Source: Octopus vulgaris (Eukaryota). Taken from it: a stretch of 64,000 bases of DNA. How positions within the stretch are numbered: the first letter of the stretch is position 1; every line of letters starts with the position of its first letter. The stretch spans positions 92,752,001 through 92,816,000 of the forward strand of contig OX597815.1 in NCBI GenBank assembly GCA_951406725.2. Direction: 5' to 3'. Shown here piece after piece: positions 27,279 to 37,715 of this stretch. The position numbers and the translations under genes are program-made. Under the pieces are notes generated by a model. That model did no database searches and had not been told where the DNA came from. It was given only the letters and a program-made list of their open reading frames with translations.

Positions 27279-28555
27279 CTTTCTGTCTTTCTATTTGGCT
27301 GGAAATTGTCCAGTGGTGAGAATAATCAGCATTCAACAACCACCACACCATATATATTTATTCATTTATTTATTCAAGGATTGTCTGTCCTGCACAGTTA
27401 AACACAGTCAATCATTTTCTTTCTCTCCCTCTGTAATGACTGCCACAAGTAAAATCCTTATCAAAAACATTTCTCATTCCCTTAAGCTATTCTTCTATAT
27501 GATATACCTATTTATCTTGTATTACTGTAGCATAGCATCTGAATTTCATTTCACTATTACTTCCTGATATTTATTATCAAAAAAATGTCTCATCAAACAA
27601 ATGCACGAGGTGCATCAGAAAATGATGAGACATGTGCATGGTTTACAGATCAGCGACAGAGAAAGAAAGCTCAACATGCACCTGAAACCAAACATCAACG
27701 AAATGCTAGATAAATAAAATAACACATACAACTCATTTATTATTGTCGTATCATAAACAAACACAAGTTCATGTATGATATTGATCTTTCTTCTACTTCA
27801 ATTATTACATAGTTTTCTCTTCTAAAAATGCACACATACAGGTTCAATGTGGCTCCTGACCAATGACGGCTTTTATTGCTATTTCTTTATATAAGCAATA
27901 GATTGAATATGGATCAAAAGAGGAAGGGTGAAAAAGAGGTGAACAAGTCTGAATAGTAGAAAAAATCAAGAGGCTAGTTAATAAGAGGTAAGTACAGGGT
28001 GCAAGAGAGAGAGAATATATTTTTACAGAGAAGTATAGAAGTACAAGAAATTTGCAAAACATGATGACTTTCATTTTGTTCATAATTGTGTTTAAAATTA
28101 TGTAGCTATATCAGACCTTCTGCCATCTTTTCATTTCCCTATCAATCATCCCTCCATCACTTTTCTAACTACTGCATTATTCTGCAGCTGTAATTATATG
28201 AGAACAGGACTACATATTTCATACCAATCTCTCTCTCTCTGTTGACAGTTGGCAGAATCATTAGAGCATCAGATACATTGCTTTGTTGTAATCATTCTGG
28301 CTCTGTATAGAGTTTTAGTTCAAATCCTGCCAAAGTAAACTTTACCTTTCATTGTTTTGGGGTTGATAAATTAAGTAACAGCCCAGTACTTGGGTCAATT
28401 CTGCTTCTCTTCTTTACTTTCTCTCTGTAAGAAATCAGTTGTTTAAACCAGGAGAAGTCAGGACTCTGCCAGGTTTAAAATGGCCAAAACATGCTGCATG
28501 TCATGATGATACCTACAATTCCATCAAAAGTTGAGAGCCAAAGGAAGGGAAAATA

Positions 28556-29848
28556 CAAGGTGTTTCAGGAAAATTGGTATTATTTTGTAATCTAATAATT
28601 TGACCAATTCTCATTCAAATGATCATAAATTGCAATAGCATGTGTAGAAACAACTCAAAATTCTACTTTTAATGCTTTATGTTCTTTTCAGGTATAGAAA
28701 TGCCATTCACTGGAAAAGAAAAGGTATTTGTGTGCTAGAGTATGCTCAAACACAGTTGAACAAGACTGTGCAATGTGCATTTGTAAAAGAATTTGCTAAA
28801 AATGCACCAGTTGTAATGCAGATTTGGACATGGCACAAAAAAGTTTGAAGAGGAAAGCTGTCTGTGCAGGGCAAAAGGATCTGGATGACCATTGGTATTG
28901 GAAAAGATGGTTGAATGGGTTTGGGAAACAATTTTGTGAAGTGCCAGGAAGTACATAAGAAGAGCAAGCCTGGAAATTCAGATTCCTCCAACAACATTTG
29001 ATGTGTTGCAAGGGAATGCTTACGAATAACAACCTACAAGCTAGAGCTCATTCAGGCCTTAAAGATAGGTGACAAGCAAAAGCACAAGCAATTCTATGTT
29101 GATATACAAAAGAAACTAAAACACAAGTTTGAAGAACTTCTTGCTTTCAGTAATGAGGCCACATTTCATATGGATGACAAAGTTAACAAGTACAATATTC
29201 ACATTTGAGGTGAAGAAATATCCCCATGCCACAGGATTGACTGAAACTGAATGTGTTCAGTGCCATCTCCAAGAATCATCTTTATGGTCAGTTTTTCTTT
29301 GAGGGAAATGTGATAGGCAATGTTTATCTGCAAATGCTTCAGAACTGGCTAATTGATAAGATCATTGCAAATGGACATGAACATTTAATTTTTCAACAGT
29401 GTGGGCTTATCTCAATGAGAATATGCCAAGGAGATGAATTGAGCATGCTGGTAATGAAGACAATGTTCTGCTGAAATGGTTTTCATGTTCACCTGACACC
29501 TTACAATTTTTTTCTCTGGAGTCTATATCCTCCCCTCTCCCTATAATTTTAGAGGAACTCAAGCAGAGAGTCACTGCTACACTAGAGACTGTTACCCAAG
29601 ACATAGTGCATCAGGTTTGACAGGAGCTGGACTACTGACTTGATATGCACTATATCATATGTGGTGCACATATTGAAATCATGTGAAATTATTCATAAAA
29701 TTTACATACCTTTGAATTTCTCATTCAAATTTTTATGAATAAAACTTATTTTGTTCAACATTAAGCCTGTTTAGTTTCAGTTGCCTAGACAATGTAGTTA
29801 CTTCAATATTTATAGCTCAAACGTTATCAAATTTTTTAAAACATCCTG
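28556..29848 (+). mobile_element. Degenerate full-length (~1.29 kb) Tc1/mariner-superfamily transposon with DUF4817-type N-terminus (rosa/DD41D-like)
   Basis: Imperfect TIRs caaggtgtttcaggaaaattggta and (reverse complement) caggatgttttaaaaaatttgata, both flanked by TA. Broken transposase from ATG 28700: MPFTGKEK..CVLEYAQTQLNKTVQCAFVKEFAKNAP..QIWTWHKK, FSNEATFH, LNVFSAISKNHLYGQFFFEGNV..VYLQMLQNWL, LIFQQ, ending GAHIEIM* (~29686). Subfamily assignment is by motif recall. Confidence 0.85.
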
Positions 29849-30849
29849 TATTACACAGATGGTAACAGAGATCAATGTAAAATTTCAAAATTATAGGCTT
29901 ATAGAAAAATTTAGTCTTAATAATAACTTGACTTTCTGCAGACACACACATACAAAAGCCACAAACTTTGATTAGTAAATATTTTATTAGTGAAAATTGT
30001 TAATTAAATTTCAATCAAAGATTTTCTATCATTGTTGAACTGATAGTCTCAAAATATTGACAGTATTTAATTTCAATAACATATATAACTACAGCTTCTA
30101 GCATAACTTAGATTTGCCAAGGTTGTATTTTGTAGATTTTTTCAAATGACATTTCCAGTCTAAAATCAAACAAGATCATCTCAAGTCAACAACTATTTAA
30201 CTAAAGGATTTTCCTCCTGTCTCTGATTCAACTAAATAATCCACACTACTCAGGGTACACATACTTCTTTTCAAAGAAGTGCTCTGTCTCAAACATCAAA
30301 ACACACCCCTCCTCATAACTATTACAAATTTTATCAAACATCTTTTGCCAACACAGATCATCACAAGTTTCTTTAGCAGCTAGAAAAAAATAAAGCTTGT
30401 CTGTCTACTACCTAGAATAAACAACAACAGAAGGAATTATTATTCAGCATCACAGTGATATATAACTGGTACGTTAGAGAAATCAATGATGGAACCCCTG
30501 ATCTAGAAATAACAGTTGCCAGCATGAAACATGGACATTAAATGATGATGATCTCTCTCAAATGACACTTTACTAACTTAAAAAGAGGACACTGAATATT
30601 ATGATCCTGGATATTGATGAATGAAATATGGAATGGTCACAGTTAAAATGTCACTGATTATAGATCTATTTGAAAAGAGCTAACCAGAGACAAAACAAAG
30701 TTACTGATACTCAGGGAGAATGAGAAGAGACCTAAAGAGGTTAAATTATTGTCTTAGTGATCAATTTCCTGATGAATACTATTACTATGATAAGAAACTT
30801 TTAGTAGCAACATTCTTGGAAAATTCAAACAAACACTTTCATGATATTC

Positions 30850-32110
30850 TTTGAAAACACAACATGGTATTTCATTCTCAAGACAGGCACCATATCTGCT
30901 TCTACCAACCAGATTTTGCAAAGCCAGATTTACTAGTCACTTTCTCTCTTATGTCACTCATAAATGGACTCTACCCAAGAAAAATTTGATGAAAGAAGCA
31001 ACATTACCTTTGCCATTTGCAAAGCTTTTGTGTCTGGCATGCAAATTACCTATTAAAACTGTCTGTCTGTGAGCTCCATCAGTCTTGTTTCTGGGATCAG
31101 GGGCTTCCTGTTAGATCACACTATCATAGTATATACTGCCGAAGTTTGCTCACTCTGTCTCTCTCTTTGATCAATGCTATCAACTATGGTGTACTCCAGA
31201 CTTTGGTTTTGTTCAGCACTCATTTTCGTATACATCAATGTTCTACTTGTTGTCAACTTCAACAACACCCACTCCAATGAAGATAATGCGAGTCAAAAAT
31301 TCCTCCCTAATCTTCCACACCAAAGCATTATCCAACTGCAACCCTAAACACTTCATGTCAAATCTGTATTGACTCTATTGACCTTTCTTCAATGGAATCA
31401 AGACAATTTTGTCCCCTTCAACAACATAAAACAGAATTACTATACATATCAAGAAAATATTATTACCTCCCACACCACTCTTTTGAAACATGAACAGCAT
31501 ACAACTAGAACTCCCAAGGTTGTTATATAATGATGGATCTCACTATCACAAGATCTCTCCAGGCAAACATGATCAATATAACAAAGATGCATCACAAAGA
31601 CTAGTCTTCATCTTCAAGGTCAAAAATAAACTTAAGCACTTATCAACTACTACTCTACAAAGCTTGGGTGAGACTCACAATGGAGTACTGTTCCAACACC
31701 ACGGTCAGTGCTGCTGCTGCTACTACTACTACTACAACACACATCCTAGATGAAGAAAGACTATGCAAACTGATTGCCATGAAGTTGCTCACCAATACAC
31801 TGCAACCTCTGGCCCAAAGATGCACTGCCTTTTGTTATTGTAATAGCCTCTGCCACTCAGAGCTAGCTGACTTCATGCCACCTCCATTTAGAACCTCATC
31901 TCTCCTCTTATCACCTATATTGTGTCTATTATCTCAGGCCCCACACTTACCACCATGCCCAGCTCTTACTGTCCAGATTGTTAACTCTCATGAATTCACT
32001 CCCTAAATGTTTTTCCCCTGAGCCCTTACTCACAACTGTCCAAGAGGAACATTAATAATGTCAAACTCACAAAGCTTGGTAAGGCCATAAACGAACCCCT
32101 TCAGTCAGAT
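30850..32110 (+). mobile_element. Highly decayed Jockey/CR1-group (Crack/Daphne-like) LINE RT relic
   Basis: FLSYVTHKW, ICKAF..VWHANYLLKL, INYGVLQTLVLFSTHF, QWNQDNFVPFN, LYKAWVRLTMEYCS and LQPLAQR..CHSELADFMPPP are collinear with DISKAFDRVWH / GVPQGSVL / LYKAQIRPxMEYCS. Confidence 0.7.
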
Positions 32111-32542
32111 CAAACCTATCTATATATTTTTTTTCTTTTTTGGGTTTCTTTTCTACATTTAATGTTGTGGAAATTCAAGGATGACCTGGAATTGATGCAG
32201 CAATTATTTTTGTTGTCCACATTAAAAAATGTTTCTCTTACAACAGAAAAATGAGCACACACACACACGAAAGATATATATATATATATATATATACACA
32301 CAAAGTAAGATAGGGGTTATGGGTGTAACAGCTGTAAGAATTTATGGATTTCAATAATTCATAATATGACTTTTAAAATCTGTATTTGTATTATTATCTT
32401 ATCTATTGATTTATATAATATTTTGTATGCTTTTGATGTCCTCATTTGTAAAATGAATAAACTATCAAACATTATATTATCCATAAGTTTATGAACAAAC
32501 TAAATTTGTTTCTCCATTTTCTTATTTGTATTATATATATAT

Positions 32543-32577
<35 letters not shown>

Positions 32578-34358
32578 ATTCTTTTTAAACTTTTAACACT
32601 TTCTTTTCTCCATCTTTAATTGTTTGTTGAGTTTCTATAGGATATTTGTTCTATAAATACTCATAACACATTCTATATTTGTAGCATTTTCATATTCGAA
32701 AAATTCTAACAGTAAGCTGCCAATGTAATATGAAGAATCTTTATTAGAAATCGACCTTTAGAACCCCGCAAAGTAAAGGATGAAATAGAACTCAACCTTT
32801 TCTCTCTCTCTCTCTCTCTCTTTCACACACACACATTCATTAATTTTATTTTATGTTCAGTATAATAAAAGAAATTTTATATTAATCTGAGGAGTTGCTC
32901 TATACTTTCGTAGAGTACCAAATTAATGATTCTTAAACAGGAATATTGTTGATAGTGATTTCGAAGTTTCGGCCTGTTTACTCATCGTCAGACACACACA
33001 CATATTATATGATGCACCTGTATGTGAACGCATACACCGAGCACAATTTAATAAAAACTATAAGAGTTTTGTTGTCATTGGGAAATATTTGACAACAACA
33101 ACAATAATAATGATTTCAAATTTTGGCATAAGGACAGTAATTTCGGGGGAGGGGTAAGTTGATTACATCGACTCCAGTACTCAATTGGTAATTATTTTAT
33201 CTACCCCAACCCCACAAAGGATATCTCATGATTTGATCTCAGAACGTTAGGTGGGAAAAGAATGCTGCAAGGCATTTTGACCGACACAAACGATTCTTCT
33301 AGAACAAGGCCAGCAATTTCGAGAGAGATTAATTGATTATATCGACCCCAGTACGTGACACTTAGCTTATTTATGGACCCGGAGGGATTAAAAGCAATGA
33401 AACTATGATAATGATTTCTTTTTATTGGTCACAAACGGCCTGGGACGCTATTGTCAGTAGAAGAGATTTACGAATTTACACTTGTTCTTGTATTTCGTTT
33501 GTTACTGACAAGAGCATTCTGGACCATTGTACCGAATAAAAAGGAAAATCATTACTATGGTTTCTTTACCGGTCAGCAAATCCAGGGCCGATAAAATATA
33601 GCACCAGTCAAATACAAGGTTCGATTTATCGACTAAAAGTGTTTTTCTTACAACAGAAAAATGAGATAGAAAGGATTATTATTGTTATTGTTCTTTAGGC
33701 AGGTCACTTTCGCCACTTTTTTCCACTTTCCATAAAATTTACCGGAGGGCAGCACTTCCCTCTCTATCAATAATCATAGAATTAATGCTATTTTCGGAAT
33801 TATTGTCAGTTTGCTATCACAGACAGTAAGGACATATGTTCAATTTAGAGTAATGTTAGTGTGAAGTTTATTAAAGAAATTCTTCTTAGTCATGATTAAG
33901 AGCTTTAGGTTACTTTGCAGATTGTTTTCGAATAGATTTTTAACTTGGGAATTATTCCCAGTTAGTGATTAACACAACATTTAAAGCAAAGGCTGGACAT
34001 ATATAGAAGATATATACGAAATAAAAGAGAAAATAAAGGCATGTCGTGAAACCGGACAACGAAGACGGACAGGTAGTGCTCTTGACTATTTACGAGGCCA
34101 CATGAGGAAGTTATATTCAAACTTGGTCCGAATTCTTGCAGCAGGGTGGACTCCACTAAAGGACTTCAAAAACCAGACGGTGATGTTAAACCGGGTGGCA
34201 AATTAAATATCGTAGAGTATAATATGAGGAAGTGATTTCTAGCAGATCGAGTAACCATATAGAAGGACCCCGCTTCGGACTGTGCTGATTACAGACAAAA
34301 TGATGAACAGTAGTGATTAGAAAGGACTATAAAAAAAAAAAAAAAAAAAAAAACTTAC

Positions 34359-34545
34359 AGTGATATTCATGACGACTGTATCCTCGGATGATATGCTTAA
34401 ATTCGCGGTCTTTCTCGGGATCATGCACTTTGATCAATATGTATTTAAACCTGCCGTTTTTGTCGGTGTCAACATCGCTAATTGCTTTCAGTTTGGGATT
34501 CTTGAAAGCTCCGGCTGAAGCTATTGTTGCCGCTGCTACAGCCAT
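34359..34545 (-). CDS. PHPT1: Coding exon 1 of a 14-kDa phosphohistidine phosphatase (PHPT1 / Janus-Ocnus family); remaining exons not found in the window
   Basis: Translation MAVAAATIASAGAFKNPKLKAISDVDTDKNGRFKYILIKVHDPEKDREFKHIIRGYSRHEYH matches the PHPT1 N-terminal half (human DVDIDSDGVFKYVLIRVH...EIVRGYKWAEYH). His62 corresponds to catalytic His53. ATG at 34545 has an in-frame TAA upstream (34582-34584). The exon ends after 62 codons + 1 nt at a canonical GTAAGT donor (34358-34353), so the CKFFFF tail in the ORF track is intronic. Confidence 0.93.
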
Positions 34546-35012
34546 AGTTAGATGAAATTTACAATGTTTCCGAAAACTTTCTTAAGGTGCCTGTATGTCT
34601 GTCTGTGAGAAGCTTCGGTGGAATGGACAACCCGGAATGAAAGAAAGTAAGAACAGGAAAGTGTGGCAAAACGGAAGCTGGCGGCAGTCAGGCTAAAGAA
34701 TGTTAATGATTCAATAATTAGTATGTAGCTGACTTTCTGTGGGGGGAGAGTCAAACTGAGAAAGAGTGCGGTAAGCGAGTAACAGTCGAAGAAAGAAAGT
34801 GTATAAGTTAGAGTGAAGAAGGTAGTGATGCAACACGGTGATAAAGCAACAGACAGAAACAGTATACTTTCGAAATGGAGAGAAGATGAAAAGATTGTGA
34901 GAGAGAAGTGCAAGTGAGAAGAACTCGCTAAGAGGGCGGTCGCTCTTATGTGTAGGAGGAGAAGAAGGTAGATGTGATTTGGCACGTGTAAGGAACGCTT
35001 ATCGAACGTGCA

Positions 35013-35162
35013 CAGGTCCTGCCTTCACAGTTTCATAGTAAACATCTTGGTCCTACCTCCGCAACTTCAATGCTGTCTGCTAGGTACTGCCTTCACGTAC
35101 GGTTAAACAGGCTGGTACTGCCTCTAAGTTTCATTGTATAGCACAGGGAACTGCCTTTACGA
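35013..35162. repeat. Five copies of a GG(T/A)(A/C)CT(G/A)CCT motif at 31-34 bp spacing
   Basis: ggtcctgcct 35015, ggtcctacct 35049, ggtactgcct 35083, ggtactgcct 35114, ggaactgcct 35147. Confidence 0.75.
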
Positions 35163-35631
35163 TACTGTAAATCAATGAAACGTTACTTTCAAGCTTCTTC
35201 ACCGACAAATATCTCTTGTAATTGTAAACAAAAATTAAGAATCTGTTTTTTAATGATTATTTGCTGCCTACTTCCATTTTATTAATGTTCTAAAATTATC
35301 TGCAACGCCCTCCACCACTACCAAAAAGAAAGTACGTTATTTCAACCTCCGATTATTCCGTATGTAATTCCAGAATCTCGCTCTTATTACATTTCCTCAA
35401 TTAAAGATTAGTAGGTTCAAAAAGATGATATATAGGGATTCTACATGTGTTTATAGTTAATCTACATAGAGAAATATAATTAATAATTCTCCGGTTTATG
35501 CACATACACATTTACTTTAACAACTAGGAGAAATAGGACTCAATACATAAAGCAAACTATATATATTTGTTAGGTGTAGAATCACGTCATTAACCTAAAG
35601 GCCCAGGGGTTCGTTCCAAAGCACGTGTGTG

Positions 35632-36003
35632 TGTGGAGGTGCAATGATCCAGTGGTTAGGGCAGCGGATTCGCGGTCGTAGGATCGCGGTTCCTCAGACC
35701 ATGCGTTGTGAGTGTTTATTGAGCAAAAACATCTAAAGCTCCGCGAGGCTCCGGCAGGAGGTGCTGGCGAACCCAGCTGTACTCTTTCACGACAACTTTC
35801 TCTTTCTTCCAGTTTCTGTTATATCTGTATTTCAAAGGGCCAGCCTTGTCGCACTCTGTGTCACGCTGAATCTCCCCGAGAACTACGTTAAGGGTACACG
35901 TGTCTGTGGATGGTCAGCCACTTTGCACGTTACTTCCACGAGCAGGCTGTTCCATTGATCGGATCAACTGGGACCCTCGTCGTAGTAACCGACGGAGTGC
36001 CAC
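35632..36003 (+). mobile_element. tRNA-derived SINE family D (CpG-rich copy)
   Basis: Head ggaggtgcaatgatccagtggttagggcagcggattcgcgg. Near-full-length paralogue at 62168-62520; tail fragments at ~8360 and 26045. Confidence 0.85.
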
Positions 36004-36036
<33 letters not shown>

Positions 36037-36039
<3 letters not shown>

Positions 36040-36305
36040 GAGGCCCAGTGGTTAGGGCAGCGTACTCACGGTTTCGATTCCCAGACCGGGCGTTGTGTGG
36101 GTTTATTGAGCGAAAACATCTAAGACTCCACGAGGCTCCGGCAGGGGTGGTGGCGACCCCTGTTGTACTCTTTCGCCCCAACTTTCTCTCACTCTCTCTT
36201 CCTGTTTCTTGAGTAATGCTGCGTCCCGTCCAGCTGGGGGGAACACATACACAGAAACCGGGAAACCGGGCCCATGAGTCTGGCTAGGCTTGAAAAGGGC
36301 GCATA
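36037..36305 (+). mobile_element. SINE family D head with a different tail
   Basis: Shares the head to ...ctttctctcactctctcttcctgtttct with 35632 and 62168, then diverges to cagaaaccgggaaaccgggcccatgagtc, which is related to the SINE tail at ~8968-9220. Confidence 0.75.
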
Positions 36306-36631
36306 ACACACACACACACACATATATATATATCGTTTACCTGTTTCAACTGTTTGACTGCGGCCATGCTGGGGCACCGCGTTGAATTTAGTCGTATGAA
36401 TATGAATCGACCCCATATTTTTTAAAGCCTGGTGTTCTATCGTCTCTTGCTGCATCACTAAGTTACGGGGACATAAACACACCAACATCGGTTGTCAAAC
36501 GGTTTCGGAGGATAGACACATTTTTTCCATACTATCATGGTTTAATCGAATATATTATTGTTTTACTGCTGGATGCCCATCCTGGTACTAACTCTTTCCT
36601 GCTTTTGAAGTAAAAGCTCTCTTATTTCATA

Positions 36632-37065
36632 CTAGCAGTATCGCCCGGCGTTGCTCAGGTTTGTAAGGGAAATAACTATAAAGCATTTTTAGAGAGTTAT
36701 AGCCAAAAAATAGCAAAAAAATGGAAAAAAAATGATGGTAAATTTTTTTGAGAGTTAAAAAAGGTGGAGTTGCGTCCCCTAGACGGTCTGTGGTTTGGGT
36801 TTTTGATTCTCGACCCCATGTCGAATTTATCGATTTTTTTCAGAACTGGGGGAACTTTTCAAAATTTTCGCTGCGTTAGTTTTGAATTATGACATTGGGC
36901 TATGTGTGTGTCAAGTTTCATCAGAATCGGTTGAAAGCCGTGGTCAGAGTGAGGGTACGAGAAAACAGACACACAGAAAACGCACAGACAAACTGCCGAG
37001 TGAGGGTACGAGAAAACAGACACACAGAAAACGCACAGACAAACTGCCGTTTATATAGAGAGAGA
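36632..37065 (-). mobile_element. Young non-autonomous Helitron (434 bp)
   Basis: On the minus strand it begins A|TCTCTCTCTATATAAACGGCAG and ends with a GC-rich hairpin (cctgagcaacgccggg) then GATACTGCTAG|T. This gives 5'-TC, 3'-CTAG, an A/T insertion site and no target duplication. CpG-rich, with a perfect 51-bp internal duplication. Confidence 0.85.
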
Positions 37066-37571
37066 TTTCTTCAAAAGTACAAAACCAGCAGATCATTTGT
37101 TGACCAGAGAAATGATAACATCATCGCTGCTTGTAGTTTGCAATTTTTGGAGACATGCAAATGTAAACAAACACACATATATACATGCATGCACACACAC
37201 ACGTGTGTGTGAGTGTGCATATGTATCTACCAGATCCTTCACTATGCTTTAGTTAACTTAGGGTTATACTCGAAGAGATTTGCCCAAGTTACCACACAGT
37301 GAGACTGAATCCTGAATCATTTGGTTGGGAACTTCTAAACTACACTTTATATATCTAATGCTTGTATATATATATATATATATATATGATTCTTAGCCAA
37401 GAATCGAAACCTTAGTTTAGGTTTTTCTGTAAGCTTCAATATTTGTTCTTGGAAAGTGGTGAGAGTCAACTGTTATACTCTGTTCAACTTAGATAAGTCC
37501 TATTCATTTATACTGATAAACACATTCACCTTCTTTTGCTCTTCCAACCTACTTCCAGCTTTCAAACTTGT

Positions 37572-37715
37572 TTAAACTTTTAGCATTTAAGTTGGCCAGA
37601 TCCTCCCTTTCACACCTACCCTACAATGCCATTCACATCATTGAAATGCCAGAGCAAAACAATGTGAATAAATAAGCATATATTTGACAGAGTAATCTGA
37701 ATGCTAAAAGGTTAA
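37572..37715. mobile_element. Second, internally deleted copy of the piggyBac-type MITE
   Basis: ttaaacttttagcatttaagttggccagatcc ... agtaatctgaatgctaaaaggttaa is collinear with 17253-17472. A further reversed partial copy is at ~41204-41300. Confidence 0.75.

Larger units (their letters stand above)
32950..37070. promoter_or_regulatory. CpG-retaining island containing the PHPT1 promoter/5' region
   Basis: CpG is visibly frequent here and depleted to TG/CA elsewhere. ETS-like CCGGAA/CGGAAG motifs at ~34632-34678 and an E-box CACGTG at 34983-34988 lie upstream of the ATG. Boundaries estimated by eye. Confidence 0.6.

Noticed and set aside
34240-34275. Minus-strand LYGYS peptide resembling the end of PHPT1 exon 2
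   Set aside because: No GGGRI or DIY motif, it is followed by a stop rather than a donor, and it lies within a family-E repeat.
34548-34985. 145-aa hydrophobic ORF ending 2 nt before the PHPT1 ATG (possible N-terminal extension or uORF)
   Set aside because: It starts at GTG, is out of frame with PHPT1, and its L/S/F richness follows from the pyrimidine-rich strand. PHPT1's own frame has an upstream stop.
35013-35162. Repeat-spacer look (CRISPR-like) of the promoter array
   Set aside because: The repeat is only ~10 nt and imperfect, the context is eukaryotic, and there are no cas genes.
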